64,000 bases of DNA from a bacterium (GTDB taxonomy: Bacteria; UBA8248), in the NCBI GenBank assembly GCA_965261085.1, contig OZ253442.1, forward strand, positions 1,408,001 through 1,472,000, written 5' to 3'. The translations under genes were made by a program, and so were the position numbers. Positions 59,583 through 64,000 of the stretch are shown piece by piece. Each line of letters begins with the position of its first letter. The stretch's first letter is position 1. The notes under the pieces are model-generated. The model saw only the letters and a list, made by a program, of their open reading frames with translations, had not been told where the DNA came from and did no database searches.

Positions 59583-60120
59583 CGTGCGGCAATACACATT
59601 CACGCCTGAGGATCGCTTGTTCCTGGACACCAACGTCTGGTGGTACATCTACGTTCCCCAGAAGCCGAAAGCCACCCGCCAGGTGGACATCTATTCCCAG
59701 GCCCTTCGAGATATCCACGAGGCGAGGAGCCGCATCCATATCGACGTGCTCGTCGTTTCGGAATTCATCAACGCATACGCCAGGCGGGAATGGAGAAACC
59801 GCAGGCCGGACATCAGGGACTTCAAGTATTTCCGCAGGAGCGAGGATTTCGAGTCGCTCGCCGCGGATATCGCCCATGACGTAAAGCTGGTGACGAGCCA
59901 GTGCGAACAGGTTCCGAGCGGCTTCGACACGCTGCGAATCGACGAGATGATGAGCGCATACGGCGCGGGCCATTCCGATTTCAACGACCAGGTAATCGCC
60001 CATCTGTGCGAAAGAGAGGGGCTGACGCTCATCACGCACGACGCCGATTTCACGTATCAGGGAATATCCGTCCTGACCGCCAATCCCCGGTTACTGGCCG
60101 CGGACGGCGTCGTCTACTGA
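59569..60120 (+). CDS. PIN-domain protein
   Basis: 'LFLDTNVW', 'VVSEF', 'DFND', 'LITHDADF'. Overlaps the STAS stop. Confidence 0.88.
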   Translation: MMTRDVRQYTFTPEDRLFLDTNVWWYIYVPQKPKATRQVDIYSQALRDIHEARSRIHIDVLVVSEFINAYARREWRNRRPDIRDFKYFRRSEDFESLAADIAHDVKLVTSQCEQVPSGFDTLRIDEMMSAYGAGHSDFNDQVIAHLCEREGLTLITHDADFTYQGISVLTANPRLLAADGVVY

Positions 60121-60292
60121 CTCGCGGCGTTTTCAGCCTCACGGCCTTCGAGCGCCGTCCCACGCCTTGCGGACAGGTGAAATTCACGTACGGCTTCGGA
60201 TTTGATATGCTCTGGCCGTGGCGCCTCTTGAGTATCGGGCGGCGCCCGCCGGATGAGCGAACCAGCCGCTTTCCTCCCGGAAGGAGGGGACG

Positions 60293-62125
60293 ATGAACAA
60301 GAAAACGCAATTTTCCATCGGGTACTTTCTCTTCATATTCATCATCATGTCCCTGATCCACACCCTGTTCTTCCAGGGCGCGCGCTACCAGCGCATCCCC
60401 TACAACGAGTTTCGCGCCATGCTGAAAGAAGGCGACGTGGAGCGCGTCGACATCCGGGGCGATCGCTTACAGGGCGTTCTCAAAAGGCGTGACGTGAACG
60501 GGGGGCAGAGGTTCTTCGAGACCGCGAAGGTGGCCGACCCCGAACTCATCAAGCTCTTGGAAGGCGCGGGCGTCACTTTTCAGGGCCAGTTCGAGCCGCC
60601 CTGGCTGGTGCAGGTGTTCACGAGCTGGGTGCTGCCGCTCGGGATACTCTTCGCCGTCTACGCGTTCGTGCTGCGCCGCATGGGCCCGGGCCAGGGGGTG
60701 ATGGCTTTTGGCAAGAACAAGGCGAAGATTTATGCGGAAAAAGAAGTGGGCGTTCGCTTCTCGGACGTCGCGGGCGTGGACGAGGCCAAGGCGGAACTCG
60801 AAGAAGTGGTGGATTATCTCAAAAATCCGGATCGCTACCTGCGCCTGGGCGGCAAGATTCCGCGCGGCGTCCTGCTGGTGGGGCCTCCCGGCTGCGGGAA
60901 GACGCTCATGGCGAAGGCCGTGGCGGGAGAGGCGGGGGTCTTTTTCTTCAGCATCAGCGGGTCGGAGTTCGTCGAGATGTTCGTGGGGCTGGGTGCGGCG
61001 CGCGTGCGCGATTTGTTCGAACAAGCCATGGAGAAAGCCCCCTGCATCGTCTTCGTCGATGAGTTGGACGCCCTGGGCAAGGCGCGCGGCGTGGGGAATT
61101 TCGCGGGCGGCCACGACGAGCGCGAGCAGACGCTCAACCAGCTCTTGGTCGAGATGGACGGCTTCGACACCCGAAAGGGGGTCATCATCATGGCGGCGAC
61201 CAACCGGCCCGAGATTCTCGACGCAGCCCTGCTGCGTCCGGGGCGCTTCGACAGGCAGGTGCTGGTCGACAAGCCGGACTTGATCGGGAGAAAGCACATC
61301 CTGGAGGTGCACACGAAGGTGCTGGTGTTAGGCGTGGACGTGGATATCGTGAGACTCGCGGAGATGACGCCCGGCCTTTCGGGAGCCGACCTCGCCAATC
61401 TCGCGAACGAGGCCGCGCTCTTAGCGGCGCGACATGACAGGGACGCGGTGATGATGGCCGATTTCGAAGAGGCCTTCGAGCGCGTGGCGGCGGGTCTCGA
61501 GAAAAGATCCCGCGTCATGACGAGCGAGGAGCGCCGCCGCGTGGCCTATCATGAACTCGGCCACGCGATAGTGGCCGAACTCGTGGGCACGGCGGACCCG
61601 GTGCAGAAGGTCTCGATCATTCCGAGGGGCCTCGCCGCGCTGGGCTACACCCTGCAGCGCCCCACGGAGGATCGCTACCTGCTCTCGAAAAAAGAACTGG
61701 AAGACAGAATCGCCGTGCTCTTGGCGGGCCGCGCGGCGGAAGAGGTGGTTTTTGAGGAAGTCTCCACGGGGGCGCAGAACGATTTGCAGCGCGCCACCGA
61801 CATGGCGCGCTCCATGGTGACCGAATACGGCATGAGCGAGCGCTTCGGCCCCCACGCGATGGGCGGCGCGCCGCGCCCTTTGTTCCTGGGCGGCGGGATG
61901 AACGGCGCATCCGGTCATCTGGACATCAGCGAGGCGACCCAGCGCGAGGTGGACGAGGAGGTGGAGAAAATCCTGGACGGCGCCTACGCGCGCGCGACGG
62001 AAATTTTGACCGAGAGACGCGACGACCTCGAAGCCCTCACCGCGCGCCTGCTTGAGCAGGAAACCCTCGGCGGAGACGAGTTGCGCACGGCCTTGGGCGT
62101 GACCGAGACCCGAAACGGCGGATGA
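60293..62125 (+). CDS. ftsH: ATP-dependent zinc metalloprotease FtsH
   Basis: Two TM segments, [18 protein letters not shown] 'ALLRPGRFD', HELGH. Confidence 0.96.
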   Translation: MNKKTQFSIGYFLFIFIIMSLIHTLFFQGARYQRIPYNEFRAMLKEGDVERVDIRGDRLQGVLKRRDVNGGQRFFETAKVADPELIKLLEGAGVTFQGQFEPPWLVQVFTSWVLPLGILFAVYAFVLRRMGPGQGVMAFGKNKAKIYAEKEVGVRFSDVAGVDEAKAELEEVVDYLKNPDRYLRLGGKIPRGVLLVGPPGCGKTLMAKAVAGEAGVFFFSISGSEFVEMFVGLGAARVRDLFEQAMEKAPCIVFVDELDALGKARGVGNFAGGHDEREQTLNQLLVEMDGFDTRKGVIIMAATNRPEILDAALLRPGRFDRQVLVDKPDLIGRKHILEVHTKVLVLGVDVDIVRLAEMTPGLSGADLANLANEAALLAARHDRDAVMMADFEEAFERVAAGLEKRSRVMTSEERRRVAYHELGHAIVAELVGTADPVQKVSIIPRGLAALGYTLQRPTEDRYLLSKKELEDRIAVLLAGRAAEEVVFEEVSTGAQNDLQRATDMARSMVTEYGMSERFGPHAMGGAPRPLFLGGGMNGASGHLDISEATQREVDEEVEKILDGAYARATEILTERRDDLEALTARLLEQETLGGDELRTALGVTETRNGG

Positions 62126-62193
62126 CGAGGGGCGGCGAACCCGCGCTTCAGCCCGATGCGCACTCGTCATTCCCTCTTAGACAGTCCCGCCTC

Positions 62194-63366
62194 CTAGTCC
62201 TCGTCACTCAGCGTGAACGCGCCGTCGCTCGCCGGTATGTAGGTTTCCGGCAGGCCGAGTTCCTTCTTCACCAAGTTCGTTCCCCGCGAGAGGGCTACCA
62301 TCTTGTAGAACGCGTGGCGGCGGCTCATGCCCTCACGCCCGAAGCCGCAGTCGGTGGAAATGCACAGCCGCTCGGCGGGAATCGTCGTGAGCGCCTTTCG
62401 GATGAGGGCGGCCACTTCTTCTGGGCGCTCCACCTGGAGCCCCCGGTGGTTGATGACGCCGATAGCCACCTTGGGTTTCGTGATGCGCTTTCCGATTTCA
62501 TCGAGATCCATACCGCCCGTGCTCGCGCACTCGAAGGTGAGCACGTCGACGTCCAATTCGTTCATGTACTCGAGAGCGGGCGCGTAGCTTTTAGAAGACT
62601 CATAGAACCTCTGCTGGGCCGGGTTGCCCCAGCAGGTGTGGCACCATAGCTCAAGCTTATCCCGCAAGCCCGCCACGCTCTTGTTGAACGCATCCACGTA
62701 GAATTCCATCGACATTTCCGAATCTTCCGAATGAAAATCGAAGCGGTGCACCCAGGGTTCCTCCACCTGAAAAATCTGGCAGCCCGCGTCTGCGAGTCGG
62801 TGGAATTCGGCGTGCATGATTTCGCATAAATCGAGGCAAAGCTCGCGCCTGTCGTCATAGAACTCGTTCGAGATGATGGATTCCACGCAATCGGCGCTGA
62901 TGGAGCCGAATTTGAGCGGTTTGTCCGTCATCGCCTGCGCGCAGCGCCACATCTGGGCGTATTCGAGGGGGCCTTCGCCCACCTTCGAGGTGACCTTGGG
63001 GAGCATCCTGGCTTCCAGCACCTCGTACATGATCTCCCCGGGCACGGACCCTCCCCAGGTGGCGTGGCTCCTCGAGGTTTCATAGCCAGAGAAACCCTCC
63101 AGCCTGTCGACGATGTAGCCCACCCAGTCGCGCCCGCCCACGTTGGTGTCGAAGCGCGCGTCCCCGTCGGTCACGATGTCCAGCCCCGCGCGCTCCTGAT
63201 CCCGGATGACGCAGGAGACGTTGTCGAGATACTGCTCGCGGAATTCCGCGTCGATCATCGCTTCACGGAATGCCCTTCGCCCGATGTTCTGGCGAAACCA
63301 GCCGGGCCGGGGCAGGGAGCCCGTGATGGTGGTGGGCAGTATGACGTCATTCGTGGAGATATACAT
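62194..63366 (-). CDS. Cobalamin-independent methionine synthase II family protein
   Basis: 'TGSLPRP', 'QERAGLDIVTDG', Zn ligands 'HTCWGN', 'FE', 'TDCG'. Confidence 0.88.
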   Translation of the reverse strand: MYISTNDVILPTTITGSLPRPGWFRQNIGRRAFREAMIDAEFREQYLDNVSCVIRDQERAGLDIVTDGDARFDTNVGGRDWVGYIVDRLEGFSGYETSRSHATWGGSVPGEIMYEVLEARMLPKVTSKVGEGPLEYAQMWRCAQAMTDKPLKFGSISADCVESIISNEFYDDRRELCLDLCEIMHAEFHRLADAGCQIFQVEEPWVHRFDFHSEDSEMSMEFYVDAFNKSVAGLRDKLELWCHTCWGNPAQQRFYESSKSYAPALEYMNELDVDVLTFECASTGGMDLDEIGKRITKPKVAIGVINHRGLQVERPEEVAALIRKALTTIPAERLCISTDCGFGREGMSRRHAFYKMVALSRGTNLVKKELGLPETYIPASDGAFTLSDED

Positions 63367-63470
63367 GTCGATTCCCCCGCTCGAAGTGTTTTAGCCGAAT
63401 CATCCCCGTGGACAGGTTCGTTGTGGTTGTCTTGATTCCCCCAGTTCGCGTCTTTCTGGACGCGCGCGTC

Positions 63471-64000
63471 TTACAGTTTCATGAGCCTCGCCGGCGTCTC
63501 GCGGAGGATTTTTTCCTGCGCTTCTGCGGTGAGGCCCGCCCCCTCGACGAAATCCACGACGCGCTGCTGCATCATGTCGTAGGGGTAGTCCGTGCCGCAC
63601 ACGACGCGATCCGCACCCACCTCCTCGACCATCCACTTGAGTGCGGAGGGGTTGAAGGTGATGACGTCGAAATAGAGGTTCTTGAAATAGTATCGGGGCG
63701 GATGCGGCGTGTGCACCTTCGTCTCGGGCCGCGCCTCCCAGCAGTGCTGGATGCGGCCGATAGCCCAGGGGAGGTTTCCGCCCGCGTGGGCGAGAAGAAG
63801 CTGGAGGTTCGGGTAGCGCTCGAAATGACCCGAGAAGATGAGCCTTGTGGCGGCCACGGTGGTGGACAGCGGGTTGCCGATGCAGTTCGCCATGTAGTAG
63901 GGGAACAGCGGCTTGTAGTCTGCGAAATCGGGATGGATGAACACCAGGGCGCCGAGCCGCTCCGCCGCCGCCCAGAATTCCTCGTACTGGGGCTCGTCCA
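63471..64000 (-). CDS. Amidohydrolase_2 (ACMSD-like), 5' end outside the window
   Basis: 'VFIHP', 'LAHAGG', 'LYFD', 'GTDYPY'. Confidence 0.85.
   Translation of the reverse strand, partial: DEPQYEEFWAAAERLGALVFIHPDFADYKPLFPYYMANCIGNPLSTTVAATRLIFSGHFERYPNLQLLLAHAGGNLPWAIGRIQHCWEARPETKVHTPHPPRYYFKNLYFDVITFNPSALKWMVEEVGADRVVCGTDYPYDMMQQRVVDFVEGAGLTAEAQEKILRETPARLMKL

Noticed and set aside
1-64000. CRISPR array, rRNA or tRNA genes
   Set aside because: No regularly spaced identical repeats with unique spacers, no cas genes, and no cloverleaf or rRNA-like sequence recognised.

Overview
GC-rich bacterial DNA with two parts. The core-like backbone holds a QueG-like Fe-S protein, a Tat molybdoenzyme, a sugar ABC operon, a TAXI/TRAP transporter, an M24 peptidase, a bicupin, pdxH, a flavin reductase, an LLM monooxygenase, ftsH, a MetE-II-like protein and an amidohydrolase. 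Two accessory zones interrupt it. (1) A ~30.4 kb patchwork island (15477-45837) lies between two diverged copies of a ~470-bp host segment (M24 3' end, intergenic DNA, HEPN 3' end). It carries a broken tyrosine integrase, a giant FN3/LRR/cadherin-like/SRCR/Calx-beta autotransporter, S24-like domains, DAK2-DegV, hydantoinase A/B, GcvT-family genes, IS256 and IS110 pieces and many abruptly truncated fragments. (2) A toxin/defence-rich zone (46.2-60.1 kb) has HEPN, an orphan XRE antitoxin, DUF3800 with a structured RNA, HigBA, an RloC-like protein, a Panacea pair and a HATPase-STAS-PIN triad. Main observations not visible in the ORF track: a deiodinase-like selenoprotein split at an in-frame UGA with a SECIS-like hairpin; repeated insertion of cassettes between long diverged duplications of gene ends; an IS110/IS1111 end inside an IS256 terminal repeat with matching guide-like segments; and an ABC ATPase with a ~155-aa membrane-like insert. 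All calls were made by eye from motifs, with no database search. Assembly chimerism or sequencing error cannot be excluded for the island junctions and frameshifts.
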